From a virus (taxonomy: Duplodnaviria > Caudoviricetes): a stretch of DNA of 64,000 nt. Below, one piece after another: positions 39,974-49,819 of this stretch; position 1 is the stretch's first letter, and every line of letters begins with the position of its first letter. The stretch lies in the IMG/VR virus record IMGVR_UViG_3300021964_009400; one strand, written 5' to 3'. Below the pieces are notes generated by a model. It made no database searches. It was not told where the DNA came from and saw nothing but the letters and a program-made list of their open reading frames with translations. Made by a program: the position numbers and the translations under genes.

Positions 39974-40023
39974 GACCTCAGGTTTTCATCCTGGTAATAG
40001 GGGTTCGATTCCCCTACCGAGTA
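39952..40023 (+). tRNA. trnE: tRNA-Glu(UUC)
   Basis: Acceptor GCTCGGT/ACCGAGT, anticodon arm TCAGG-TTTTCAT-CCTGG, T-loop GTTCGATT. Confidence 0.9.
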
Positions 40024-40069
40024 CAACTATTGTTCATTGAAATATTGTTTAATTAAAAAAAAGAAAATT

Positions 40070-40432
40070 ATGGAAACACTTTATATTGTAATAGGTGCAT
40101 TCTCATCCATCTTTATATTCCTTTTGGGGTATGCGGTGAGTGGTGTATTTAATGGAAAAAAGCGATTAAATTATTTAGAATCCTATATAGAGGATGCTGA
40201 AATACAAATAGCAAATCTCAATAGAGATATTAACGAAAGAGTTAATATTGATGTTGAGATGTTATCTGGTAATATTACTGAATTAGATAGAGATGTTCAT
40301 TCTCTAATTGATTCAAGGTTAGATAAATTAGAAAGTAAATTGAAGGAAATGATTCCACCTACCAACGAAGAGTTGATAAAACGAATCAAAAAAATAGAAG
40401 AAGAATCTTACAGATTAAGAATGAATATGTAA
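40070..40432 (+). CDS. membrane-anchored coiled-coil protein
   Basis: N-terminal TM helix, heptad-like tail; ATG 40070. Confidence 0.65.
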   Translation: METLYIVIGAFSSIFIFLLGYAVSGVFNGKKRLNYLESYIEDAEIQIANLNRDINERVNIDVEMLSGNITELDRDVHSLIDSRLDKLESKLKEMIPPTNEELIKRIKKIEEESYRLRMNM

Positions 40433-40455
40433 GATATTAAATTGAACGATAGTTA

Positions 40456-40543
<88 letters not shown>

Positions 40544-40544
40544 T

Positions 40545-40618
40545 GGGGGATTAGCTCAGCTGGCTAGAGCACTTGATTTGCATTCAAGAGGTCATCGGTT
40601 CGACTCCGATATCCTCCA
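40545..40618 (+). tRNA. trnA: tRNA-Ala(UGC)
   Basis: GGGGGAT/ATCCTCC with G3:U70; CTTGA-TTTGCAT-TCAAG. Confidence 0.9.
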
Positions 40619-40638
40619 CTAATTTAAATTAATTAATT

Positions 40639-40857
40639 ATGAAAAATCTATTAGTATTATTTTTTATAACATCAATCTTTGTTAGTTGTACTGACAAAAA
40701 GAAAGATAAAAAAGTATGTGATGTTTGTAAAAAACAAATGACAGAAGAAGTTGTAACAGATTCAAATTCGGTAAAGTTAGAAGGTTTGATAAATGCAGAT
40801 ACTACCGAATTGGAAACACCAACTCCTGAAGTTGTAGAAGAAGTTATTAATCAATAA
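40639..40857 (+). CDS. small lipoprotein
   Basis: Signal peptide ending FVSC (lipobox). Confidence 0.6.
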   Translation: MKNLLVLFFITSIFVSCTDKKKDKKVCDVCKKQMTEEVVTDSNSVKLEGLINADTTELETPTPEVVEEVINQ

Positions 40858-40866
40858 TAAATTCAA

Positions 40867-40940
40867 GCCTTTGTAGCTCAGCTGGCTAGAGCAGCTGATT
40901 TGTAATCAGCAGGTCGTGGGTTCGAGTCCCTCCGAAGGCT
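40867..40940 (+). tRNA. trnT: tRNA-Thr(UGU)
   Basis: GCCTTTG/CGAAGGC, GCTGA-TTTGTAA-TCAGC, GTTCGAGT. Confidence 0.95.
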
Positions 40941-40953
40941 CTTAATAAATAAA

Positions 40954-41157
40954 ATGAGATTTCCAATTAATAAAAGACCAATCGAATATATTAATGGTAA
41001 CCCCTATCTTATATGTGCTATTATACCAATTGAAAACTGTAAAAATGTGAGTTTGATTAAAGAATGGTTGGGAGCAGATACTGCATTCAAAGTACAAAGG
41101 GAAGGTAAGTATTGGTTCTGTGAAACAATTCAAGAAATAAATTACGAACCAATATAG
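40954..41157 (+). CDS. hypothetical protein
   Basis: 67-aa ORF in operon. Confidence 0.6.
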   Translation: MRFPINKRPIEYINGNPYLICAIIPIENCKNVSLIKEWLGADTAFKVQREGKYWFCETIQEINYEPI

Positions 41158-41165
41158 TTATAGTT

Positions 41166-41624
41166 ATGAGATGGGTAGAATACTTTAGAAACTTGGCACA
41201 TCAAGTAAAACTTAAATCTAAAGATGAGAACACACAAATAGGTGCAATCATTGTTGGTAAGGATAAGGAAATCGTATCTACTGGTTACAACTCATTTCCA
41301 CGAGGATTAAAAGATAATAAAAAAGAAAGACAAGAACGACCTGAAAAGTATTATTGGTTCGAACATGGAGAAAGAAATGCTATCTACAATGCTGCAAGAA
41401 TAGGAGTATCAACTAAAGGTTGTACTATGTATCTATCTTGTGGAATTCCATGTGTAGATTGTGCACGAGGAATCATAAACGCTGGTATCACACGAATCTT
41501 TTGTGAACGAGGTGTTACTACTAAAGGAGACCATTGGGAAGAAAACTACCACAGAAGTTTCTCAATGTTAGAAGAAGCTGGAATAAATATTCAATTTTAT
41601 GATGATGAATATGGTGGATTGTAA
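41166..41624 (+). CDS. dCMP deaminase-family protein
   Basis: STGYNSFPRG, EHGERNAI, PCVDCARGII. Confidence 0.9.
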   Translation: MRWVEYFRNLAHQVKLKSKDENTQIGAIIVGKDKEIVSTGYNSFPRGLKDNKKERQERPEKYYWFEHGERNAIYNAARIGVSTKGCTMYLSCGIPCVDCARGIINAGITRIFCERGVTTKGDHWEENYHRSFSMLEEAGINIQFYDDEYGGL

Positions 41625-41817
41625 TACTTATGTATGCAAGGAGGTTGTATTAATGGGATTCACAAATTCAGAATATTCAGAAGAACTATTACATAAATCA
41701 CATTCATTAGGAATTAAGGATGAATTGTGGGAAACTGTTTCTCAAATAAGAAAAGATGACCCCTTTCTTACCATACACGAAGCAATAGAAAAAGCATACT
41801 ATACATTAACAAATTAG
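41599..41817 (+). CDS. hypothetical protein
   Basis: 72-aa ORF; real start probably an internal ATG. Confidence 0.5.
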   Translation: MMMNMVDCNTYVCKEVVLMGFTNSEYSEELLHKSHSLGIKDELWETVSQIRKDDPFLTIHEAIEKAYYTLTN

Positions 41818-41852
41818 ATATAAATATATTTATACTAAACGAGTAATGTACA

Positions 41853-42962
41853 ATGGCATATAAATTACCTAATATTGATAGTGGATTAATTACTGATATA
41901 AGTGGACAACTTTTATCAGATAATAGTGAAATGATAATTGAAAAAGGTGGTGGTAGTAGTATTTCTAAACCAACCCTATCAAACATATTAAGACCAATTC
42001 AAGATGTTTCGCTTCCAAGTCCAAACACAAAGCCAGAAAATAAAAAACCACAACCATCTTTAGCAAGACCAGAAATAGAACAAGATATCGTTAGTGATGA
42101 AAATGTAGATACGGTATCTGAGGTGTTAGGTGTTAGTAGTTTACCATACATTCAAAACCCATATCCAACAGAAGTAGGAACTGACCCATCTCCAAACTAC
42201 ACAGTAAAGGACGAAGCAATAACATTTACAGGCAAATATTCAGAAAACTTTTTAGAGTTTAAAACAAAAAATATTGATGATATACTTTCATTAAACATTA
42301 ATGAATATCCAACAAGTTTTAATTTTATAGTAGAATTTGTAAATGGTAATGAAAGAGATTATTATGCATCACCTATTTTATTAGGAGAATTAAAGGCAGA
42401 GTTAAACGCCGGTAATCCCTATAAAAACCGAACTACTATTCCTGTTATTAAATTTGATTTTTCATTTATAGAAAACTATTCAAAGGAAGCTCAATTTAAA
42501 ATACCTGAAGATTATGCAGAAGTTACAGTTACAAAAACTTTAACAACTAAAGAAGATATTTTAAGACATATTGATTGGATGGTAAGTAGTGATGAAACAT
42601 TAAGAAGAGCAAGTGATATTGGTGCATGGAAAATTGAATTAACAAAAGAACTTGGAATGGACCATTCTAAAGAGTTAGATAATTTAAACAAAAGAATATT
42701 GAATGAAGAATCAAATATATCAGATAATTTAAATCAAAGTGGTGAAAATTTAGATGGAGATAGTGATGGTACCTCACTAGGTAATCAAAATAATGTTGGA
42801 GATTTTGATGATAATGATAATCAAAAACCAGATAATAGTTCTGGCTTACTATATCCACCATTTGGTGTGCCAGGTAGAAGGACAGGAGAACGAAGAAAAA
42901 AGGGTGGAACAACTTACAGGTGGAGTAAAGTTAGAAATACTTGGATAGTATTAAGGTCTTAA
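41853..42962 (+). CDS. hypothetical (possibly virion-associated) protein
   Basis: Pro/Ser-rich N-terminus, C-terminal YPPFGVPG...YRW; ATATTTATA upstream. Confidence 0.65.
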   Translation: MAYKLPNIDSGLITDISGQLLSDNSEMIIEKGGGSSISKPTLSNILRPIQDVSLPSPNTKPENKKPQPSLARPEIEQDIVSDENVDTVSEVLGVSSLPYIQNPYPTEVGTDPSPNYTVKDEAITFTGKYSENFLEFKTKNIDDILSLNINEYPTSFNFIVEFVNGNERDYYASPILLGELKAELNAGNPYKNRTTIPVIKFDFSFIENYSKEAQFKIPEDYAEVTVTKTLTTKEDILRHIDWMVSSDETLRRASDIGAWKIELTKELGMDHSKELDNLNKRILNEESNISDNLNQSGENLDGDSDGTSLGNQNNVGDFDDNDNQKPDNSSGLLYPPFGVPGRRTGERRKKGGTTYRWSKVRNTWIVLRS

Positions 42963-42963
42963 T

Positions 42964-43329
42964 ATGATAAACAATAATTTGTTAGCAACAACATCTTGGA
43001 GAAATTATTTACTTCCAAGAAATAAAAGAGTGAAAAACTTTTTAAAACAACGAGGTGCAGATGTTCTTTGGCAAGTATGTCAAAACATACACGAAGCGTA
43101 TCGTGATAAAAGAAGTGAGGTAGTAATACTGATACATCCAAATTTATCTCATGCTATACTAATTCCACAAAAAGATTATATTGAAGTATTAGAGGTTGGT
43201 TTAAAATATTTTACAAAACAAGAAAATTACGAAAAGTGTATTAAAATTAATGCAATCAAAATTGATATTAAAGAAAAAAGAGAACTAGGAAAGCCAATAT
43301 ATGATAAAATAAAACGAGATATATTATAA
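42964..43329 (+). CDS. hypothetical protein with UVR-like motif
   Basis: LKYFTKQENYEKCIKI. Confidence 0.6.
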   Translation: MINNNLLATTSWRNYLLPRNKRVKNFLKQRGADVLWQVCQNIHEAYRDKRSEVVILIHPNLSHAILIPQKDYIEVLEVGLKYFTKQENYEKCIKINAIKIDIKEKRELGKPIYDKIKRDIL

Positions 43330-43392
43330 TAAATTTGATAAAAGATATACTTATATAAGAGGAATACTATTTAAAAAAAGTACATATATACC

Positions 43393-45183
43393 ATGAAAGG
43401 AACATTAATATCAGCCGATTTCATTAAAGATGAAAACGAAGATTTAAGACTTTTAGAAATAAATACAGATACTGGTTTTATATCAGCATCTTTTAGTAGT
43501 TTAGATTTTACAGAATTATTCGATGTATTTACAAGTGAATCAATTGATACTGTTCATGTAATATATAAAGATTTTCATTTAGAGTTTGTTGATTATTTTT
43601 CAAGTTCATTAAACGCAGCATTAAGTTCATCTGTTACTACATTTGAAAGAGATTTGATTGAAATATGTACAATATATCCTGAATCAGTTACAGATGCAGA
43701 AAACAAATTTATCTTAAGATTAGCTTATGATGAATCAGCAATATTAGATAGTGAATACGCAAAAGATAATATAAATTTATATAAATTATATGCTGATAAT
43801 TCTGATAGTGGTTCTATCGTACCGTTTGCATATTCTTCATCTGCATTTGAACACGATAACTTAGGAGTTGATACAATTAACTCATCTTCAAACCTACCTG
43901 ATATAGCAGTTAGAAATAGTAGAATTGGACCAAAAGCAGCAATGAGTTTTTTCAAAATAGGAAACTCAACAAGTTCATCTCTTGATAGATTAAATCATAC
44001 AAAAGAAGTTTTACAAAATGATGATACTCTAATCCAAAAATATTATACAGGCGATGTTACTGCAAATAAAGTATCATCAATTAGGTCTTATAAAGTAATA
44101 TATGGAAGTGATTTAGATATTGCTACTATTGGAGAGTATGAAGTTGAAGCAATATTAGAAAAACCAACATCAATCCCAGTCGATGATAATTTAATAGTAA
44201 ATTGGCTGCCAACACACCATTACTTTGAATTTACAACTAATGAAATAAGAGTAAACTCAGAGGGTATAATTGGAGAACAAGAAGTAGTTGCAAGTGATGG
44301 GACTCATGTACCGATTTCTGGTAGTTCGATTGGTGATAGTTTAAAAGCATATTATATACATGGTGCACCTGATACTGATGAGCAGGAAATATTTAGAGAG
44401 TGGTCTCACGCAGGTTCAACTTTACCAAGTGGTTCTTATGCAACATCTTCTCAAGTTACTTTTGTTTACGAAGAACAATCTAAATATAATGCAGTTGCAA
44501 ACATAACACTTTCAAGTGGCTCATTTAGAGTATCACCATTTGTTTATTTACTTGTCTATGATAGTGTGAATAATCAAATAGTATATAGGTTCCCATATGA
44601 AATGAACACATCAGATTTTCAGTTGTTTGATGAAAGTGGTTCATTAGAAAGTATTAGTTCAATTAATATAGAAATTCTTTCAGGCTCTTATACAATGTAT
44701 AGTTTAAACTTAGAAGAAGTGGATAACTTTATATTAGCAGATGGTGGTTTATCAAGTAATGTTGTTACTCACAACTGCTTCGTTGCAGGTACTGAAATTA
44801 GTTTATCGAATGGAGATGTAAAGAATATTGAAGATATTAATATTGGAGAGGAAGTACTTACCTATAATGAAGAAAGTGAAAGTAATGAAAAAGGAACTGT
44901 TGGTAAATTAAAACAACATGAAGTTAATTCTGTAATTAGAATTACCCTTGATAACGAAAATATAATTATTACTACATCAGAACACCCATTCTATATAAAT
45001 GGAAAAGGGTGGGTTAAGGCTAGTGAGATAGAAGTTCTTGATACTTGTAAAAAAGTAAATGGAGAAGAATCCTTAGTTTCAACAGTAGATGTATTGGATG
45101 AAACACATACAGTTTATAACCTATTAAGTGTATCTGAAAATCACAACTTTTATGCAAACGGCATTTTAGTACATAACAAATAA
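43393..45183 (+). CDS. circularly permuted ATP-grasp-like protein with two tandem C-terminal Hint domains
   Basis: N-terminal SADFIKD...LLEINTDTG; later PDIAVR, LIQKYY, IRSYKV; Hint1 GIIGEQEVVASDG...VVTHN; Hint2 CFVAGTEISLSNG...TSEHPF...LVHNK-stop. Confidence 0.75.
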   Translation: MKGTLISADFIKDENEDLRLLEINTDTGFISASFSSLDFTELFDVFTSESIDTVHVIYKDFHLEFVDYFSSSLNAALSSSVTTFERDLIEICTIYPESVTDAENKFILRLAYDESAILDSEYAKDNINLYKLYADNSDSGSIVPFAYSSSAFEHDNLGVDTINSSSNLPDIAVRNSRIGPKAAMSFFKIGNSTSSSLDRLNHTKEVLQNDDTLIQKYYTGDVTANKVSSIRSYKVIYGSDLDIATIGEYEVEAILEKPTSIPVDDNLIVNWLPTHHYFEFTTNEIRVNSEGIIGEQEVVASDGTHVPISGSSIGDSLKAYYIHGAPDTDEQEIFREWSHAGSTLPSGSYATSSQVTFVYEEQSKYNAVANITLSSGSFRVSPFVYLLVYDSVNNQIVYRFPYEMNTSDFQLFDESGSLESISSINIEILSGSYTMYSLNLEEVDNFILADGGLSSNVVTHNCFVAGTEISLSNGDVKNIEDINIGEEVLTYNEESESNEKGTVGKLKQHEVNSVIRITLDNENIIITTSEHPFYINGKGWVKASEIEVLDTCKKVNGEESLVSTVDVLDETHTVYNLLSVSENHNFYANGILVHNK

Positions 45184-45194
45184 AAGAAAGAATT

Positions 45195-45332
45195 ATGGCA
45201 CAAGTTTATAAAACATTATCACCAGAGGCGGTAAAAACAAGAACAACTACACCATTAACTACTAGTGAAAAAAATCAAGTAAATTCAATACTTGGTAATT
45301 TTATAACATATTTTAAAGCAGCACATGCATAA
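45195..45332 (+). CDS. 45-aa Thr-rich peptide
   Basis: MAQVYKTLSPEAVKTRTTTPLTTSEKNQVNSILGNFITYFKAAHA; fills gap after the Hint protein. Confidence 0.7.
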   Translation: MAQVYKTLSPEAVKTRTTTPLTTSEKNQVNSILGNFITYFKAAHA

Positions 45333-45340
45333 CACTCGTT

Positions 45341-45994
45341 ATGATTTACGCTACAATGTGTGTTGGTAGTGATTGGATTAATAGATTTAAAGAAGATATA
45401 AATAAATTTTCTACCACCAATAGTTTACATATATTAACTGATGATTCAACTCAGTTTAGTAATACTGCTTCATGTTATGAATACACTAGAGATATATTTA
45501 GTTATTACGAAAAAATAAAATTCATTTTAGATTTATCGAAAACATACGAGGAAAGAATCACATACATTGATTCTGATTGGATTTCTCAATATAATACAAA
45601 CCTTAAATATGATAATTCAAGTTTATACACCTATATGATTTTTGATTTATCATCTGAAATAGATAGACCTATGTGGTTTAGTGATTTTGAAATTGAAATG
45701 AGAAATGGGAAATTATTAAATATAATAAATGAAACAGGTATTATTTCACAATATATACTAGAAGCATTAATTTCATTTCCATATCAAGAAAACATTGATG
45801 AGCTTATTGATGATTCAAAAAAACTTCAAACCTTTTTGGAAAGTACATATAAGACTGATACTAAGACAAGTAAAAGATTAAATAGATATAAAAAAGGAAT
45901 AGGATATGCAGAAGGTTGGGGAATGAGTGCACTTTGTGTGAAGTATAATATTGATATCAAAGATATTGATTGGAGAAAAAAAAGTTTAGTATAA
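45341..45994 (+). CDS. GT-A-fold nucleotide-sugar transferase-like protein
   Basis: HILTDD, YEKIK, DxD motif YIDSD. Confidence 0.5.
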   Translation: MIYATMCVGSDWINRFKEDINKFSTTNSLHILTDDSTQFSNTASCYEYTRDIFSYYEKIKFILDLSKTYEERITYIDSDWISQYNTNLKYDNSSLYTYMIFDLSSEIDRPMWFSDFEIEMRNGKLLNIINETGIISQYILEALISFPYQENIDELIDDSKKLQTFLESTYKTDTKTSKRLNRYKKGIGYAEGWGMSALCVKYNIDIKDIDWRKKSLV

Positions 45995-46488
45995 TGACAA
46001 AAAAATTAAGTAATAGCGATTTTAGTAAAATTAACGAACTACTTGATGGTGCTAAAATAATATCAAAAAAAGAATTTGATAAAAGAGTTAGTATCTTTCC
46101 AACATGGAAATTAGTAGATGAAGGTAAAGATTTTACAGATATGAAATTACAACATTACGATAATTCAAATACAGAGTTGATTGAAATACTTAATAGAATA
46201 AGTGGTTGTGCTAGTAAAGATATAACATCGTTACATACTGTAACATATACTGAAGGACACTTTTTAAGACCACATTTGGATAGAAGTTCAAAAGTAACTT
46301 TAAATATTTTATTAGAAGCTGATTGTGATGGTGGTGAATTATACATAGATGGAAAAGATAGTGGTTTAAACTTTCCTGGTGATTATGTTATATACAATGG
46401 TGGTAAGCAGGAACACGAAGTAAAACTAATAAAAAAAGGAAAAAGAAAAACTTTAATTATTTGGTACGATAAGAAAATTCTAATGTAA
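45994..46488 (+). CDS. 2OG-Fe(II) oxygenase (prolyl-hydroxylase-like)
   Basis: PHLD (HxD), GGEL, HEV, KRKTL; ATG 45994. Confidence 0.8.
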   Translation: MTKKLSNSDFSKINELLDGAKIISKKEFDKRVSIFPTWKLVDEGKDFTDMKLQHYDNSNTELIEILNRISGCASKDITSLHTVTYTEGHFLRPHLDRSSKVTLNILLEADCDGGELYIDGKDSGLNFPGDYVIYNGGKQEHEVKLIKKGKRKTLIIWYDKKILM

Positions 46489-46512
46489 TAATATATTTAT
46501 AATAAAGGTATT

Positions 46513-47031
46513 ATGGTTAACAAAAAAGATGTTGTACAAATGAGAATTTGGGCACCCGAATTCAAACTTCCTTGTGAACTCGATTCACGATATACCTATG
46601 TGGAGGTAACTGATTTATCTTATAAATCTGATTTAAAAAAAATCATTGACAGTATTAATGAAGAATTATCCGATTGGAAAGATAGACCTGATTTGGAAAA
46701 TCTACAAAAAAGATTTGATGTAGGTTGTTCGTGTTTTATTCAATATTTTAAAGGAGAAGTATGTGGTTGGTTTTGGACATGTAATTTCTTAACTTATGAT
46801 TGGATTGAAAAAGTAAAAGATTTACCAACTCCAAACTCTAACTATTCTGGTGGAACTTATGTAATTAAAAAAGTTGCACCAAGAAATGGTGGATATCAAT
46901 TATATGCATATTGTGTTAGAGAGGTTATGAGCAGAACTGATTATGGTTATGCATATGTAGATAAATGGAATAAGGCACCAATTAGATTAAACTTTAATTG
47001 TGGTGCAACATTTATTGATAATTTATTATAA
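46513..47031 (+). CDS. GNAT-family acetyltransferase-like protein
   Basis: EVCGWFW, GGTYV, VDKWNKAPIRLNFNCG (motif B-like). Confidence 0.55.
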   Translation: MVNKKDVVQMRIWAPEFKLPCELDSRYTYVEVTDLSYKSDLKKIIDSINEELSDWKDRPDLENLQKRFDVGCSCFIQYFKGEVCGWFWTCNFLTYDWIEKVKDLPTPNSNYSGGTYVIKKVAPRNGGYQLYAYCVREVMSRTDYGYAYVDKWNKAPIRLNFNCGATFIDNLL

Positions 47032-47035
47032 AACT

Positions 47036-47698
47036 ATGACACAAAATATTAAGAAACAAGCCCCAAAGGGTAAAGTAAAATTTTCAATAACTCTATCTGA
47101 AGAACAAAAGATGGCAAAGACAAATATCTTATACCATCCTTATAATTTTGTAATGGGTAAAGCAGGTTCTGGTAAAACACTTCTTGCAGTACAAATTGCA
47201 TTAGATATGTTCTTCACAAGACAGATAAACAAAATCATTATAACAAGACCAACAGTATCAAACGAAGATAATGGATATCTACCTGGTTCGCTTGATGAAA
47301 AGATGGAACCTTGGTTAGTACCGATTCGTTCTAATATGAGAAAAGTTTACAACAAGCCAGCTATTCTACAAAAGATGGAATCAGAAGAAAGTATAGAATT
47401 AGTATCACTATCTCACTTTAGAGGAAGAACATTTGAAAATTCTTGTGTAATTGTAGATGAGTTTCAAAACTTAACTAAATCACAATTAGGAATGGTGTTG
47501 GGTAGATTAGGAAAAAAATCAACTATGATTCTTACTGGTGACCCACAACAAATTGATTTAAAGTTCCCAAATGATTCAGCAATACACGAAGTACCAAAAG
47601 TTAAAGAATCTAAATATGTTTATGCAATAACTCTTGTTGATAATCATAGACACGAGGCGTTAGATGAACTACTAAGATTGTTACAAACTTACTCATGA
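47036..47698 (+). CDS. phoH: PhoH-family ATPase
   Basis: GKAGSGKT, RPTV, GYLPG, FRGRTF, VDEFQN, GDPQQID; ATG 47036. Confidence 0.9.
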   Translation: MTQNIKKQAPKGKVKFSITLSEEQKMAKTNILYHPYNFVMGKAGSGKTLLAVQIALDMFFTRQINKIIITRPTVSNEDNGYLPGSLDEKMEPWLVPIRSNMRKVYNKPAILQKMESEESIELVSLSHFRGRTFENSCVIVDEFQNLTKSQLGMVLGRLGKKSTMILTGDPQQIDLKFPNDSAIHEVPKVKESKYVYAITLVDNHRHEALDELLRLLQTYS

Positions 47699-48324
47699 AA
47701 ATTTTAATTATAGGCATACCAAGAACAGGTAGTACATCGCTCTGGTCTAATATAATTAACTTAGGATATAGTGGTTTGAATGAACCATATAGAAGATACA
47801 ATCATAATTATTTAAAACACCCATATCCATTAGATATTTTAAAAAACGAAAAGATAGTAGTGAAGCATTTAATACACGATATACCACGAAAAAAGTATAT
47901 CGGTAATATGAGTGATATTGAAGTATGTAAGGAGATGTCAGAACAATTTGATAAAACTATTATACTTGATAGAAGAAACTCTCAAGAAATTTTGGAAAGT
48001 TATATTGGTTTATACTATAATTTAGATAACAATATGGATATTCATTCTAGTTGGGAATTTTCTAATATTCCTAAAGAATATGTAAATCAATTTATATTAG
48101 ATAATAAGCACAAATTGATTTATGATTTTAAAACAAAAATACAGACATTATCAACACTACTATCTATACCAATTACTTATTATGAAGATTTATACGGAGA
48201 AGATAGAGAACTATCTTTAAACATAATTAAATCTTGGAAACTTGATATAGATGAAGAACGATTAAACGATACATTAAATCCATTAAATCGATATAGATTA
48301 TTCCAAAAAAAATCTATAATTTAG
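47695..48324 (+). CDS. sulfotransferase-like P-loop protein
   Basis: IGIPRTGSTSL, LNEPY, RRNSQEILES, ITYYEDL. Confidence 0.65.
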   Translation: MKILIIGIPRTGSTSLWSNIINLGYSGLNEPYRRYNHNYLKHPYPLDILKNEKIVVKHLIHDIPRKKYIGNMSDIEVCKEMSEQFDKTIILDRRNSQEILESYIGLYYNLDNNMDIHSSWEFSNIPKEYVNQFILDNKHKLIYDFKTKIQTLSTLLSIPITYYEDLYGEDRELSLNIIKSWKLDIDEERLNDTLNPLNRYRLFQKKSII

Positions 48325-48338
48325 AAACTTTTTATTGC

Positions 48339-48397
48339 AAAAATAATTGAAAAAAGCCATTGTAGTCTCGGCTTTTTTTCGTATATTTACTATGTAA
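48339..48397 (+). promoter_or_regulatory. repeated early promoter cassette, copy 8
   Basis: 49 bp identical to copy 2; TATATTTA 48382-48389. Confidence 0.8.
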
Positions 48398-48431
48398 ATG
48401 AGTGATAATTAAACCCTTTAAAACCTTAAAA

Positions 48432-48731
48432 ATGATAAAAGAAACACACATCGGATTAGTAAGAATGAACGAGAGTAAAACTAAGTTATATGGCGTTCAG
48501 TATATGTTATCTAAGTGGGAAAGAAACTTAGGTGATACTTTAAATATTGATGGAACTAAATGGTTAGTTGGTATGATTGGTGATACTAAGAACGATGTAA
48601 TCTCTGCTCTTAATGTTATTATTAAGAAACAAAATTCTATAATCAATAAGAAAAAATACCAACAGAGAAAAGAAGAAAAGTTCATTATGAATAATATTCT
48701 TAACAATGTAATGAAAGAATTAAACCTTTAA
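48432..48731 (+). CDS. hypothetical early protein
   Basis: ATG 48432 after CTTAAAA leader. Confidence 0.65.
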   Translation: MIKETHIGLVRMNESKTKLYGVQYMLSKWERNLGDTLNIDGTKWLVGMIGDTKNDVISALNVIIKKQNSIINKKKYQQRKEEKFIMNNILNNVMKELNL

Positions 48732-48734
48732 AAT

Positions 48735-48941
48735 ATGATAAAAGTAAACGATAAAATAAAATTTGAAAATAAGTATGGACAAATCCAAGAGGGAATTGTT
48801 ACCGATAATAACTACCAATGTGAATTTGATGCAGACCTTAATGGTTGTGTTAGAGTATCGGTAGATTATGGTAGTAGTATTATTGGAACTGTAAATACAT
48901 TAATCGATAAATCACAAATCTTAAAAAACGTAAAATTATGA
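48735..48941 (+). CDS. small beta-rich (SH3/Tudor-like) hypothetical protein
   Basis: KVNDKIKF...GIVT...VRV pattern. Confidence 0.5.
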   Translation: MIKVNDKIKFENKYGQIQEGIVTDNNYQCEFDADLNGCVRVSVDYGSSIIGTVNTLIDKSQILKNVKL

Positions 48942-49177
48942 GTAAATCAAATGAAAGATATCCTAATGGGTACATGGGTAAAATTGAGTATTGGACTAGT
49001 AAGTTGAATGCTGAGGTTATGAATACGAAAGTTCCGAACTTGGAGGAGATAGATAGGATTCACCGAAAGTTAGATTACTTTATCCAAAGACAATTCGATA
49101 CACAAGTAATTCTGAAAGAACCAGAACAACCTCTAGTGGGAGATACGTTCTTAAGAAGTATCGGAATTTTAAAATAA
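48938..49177 (+). CDS. hypothetical protein
   Basis: 79-aa ORF, ATGA overlap. Confidence 0.6.
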   Translation: MSKSNERYPNGYMGKIEYWTSKLNAEVMNTKVPNLEEIDRIHRKLDYFIQRQFDTQVILKEPEQPLVGDTFLRSIGILK

Positions 49178-49390
49178 AATTTAGTACGAACCAGTAAAAT
49201 TAATTAAAATGATAAAAGCAATTAAAAGTAAAATGTTAACTTACCTATTCAAAGATTGGGTAATGAATGAAAAAGACCTAGATAGTTTAAAAATTACAAA
49301 AAACTTTATTAGAAAAAGAGAAATTGAAATTATAGGACATGTGCCTGTTGTTGGATTTAGGTCTTACTCAAAAAAATAATATTTTAACAA

Positions 49391-49819
49391 GTGGGTAAAT
49401 ATAAATTTGTAAATAGAAAATTCCCAAAGGAATTTCAGAGACTTGTAGATTATATCAAACTAAAAAAAGGGGTTGATGTAAAATTATCTCACATTACAAA
49501 ATATTTAGGTCCATGGAATAGAACAATATTTATACATCATAACTATGATTTAAAAAAGAATGGATTAATTGCATTGTTACATGAAATTGGTCATGTCTTA
49601 CAACCACCTACAAATGTTGGTGTTAATTCATATAAAAACATAGATATAGATAGATACCCAAGTGAATATGAAATGGGTAGGTTTCTAAACGAATTAGACG
49701 CATGGGAGCGTGGTTATAAAATACTAAAAGAATTAAATATAAAAATAAATAAAAATGATTGGAATACTCAAAAACAAGAAGCCCTTATTACTTATTGGCC
49801 TACTAATACTATTAGGTAG
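49391..49819 (+). CDS. HExxH zincin-like metallopeptidase-domain protein
   Basis: LLHEIGHV and NELDAWERG. Confidence 0.65.
   Translation: MGKYKFVNRKFPKEFQRLVDYIKLKKGVDVKLSHITKYLGPWNRTIFIHHNYDLKKNGLIALLHEIGHVLQPPTNVGVNSYKNIDIDRYPSEYEMGRFLNELDAWERGYKILKELNIKINKNDWNTQKQEALITYWPTNTIR

Noticed and set aside
44776-45183. Classical mobile intein with homing endonuclease
   Set aside because: Only 134 aa, no LAGLIDADG/HNH insert, and only Lys-stop follows the terminal Asn, so there is no C-extein to splice
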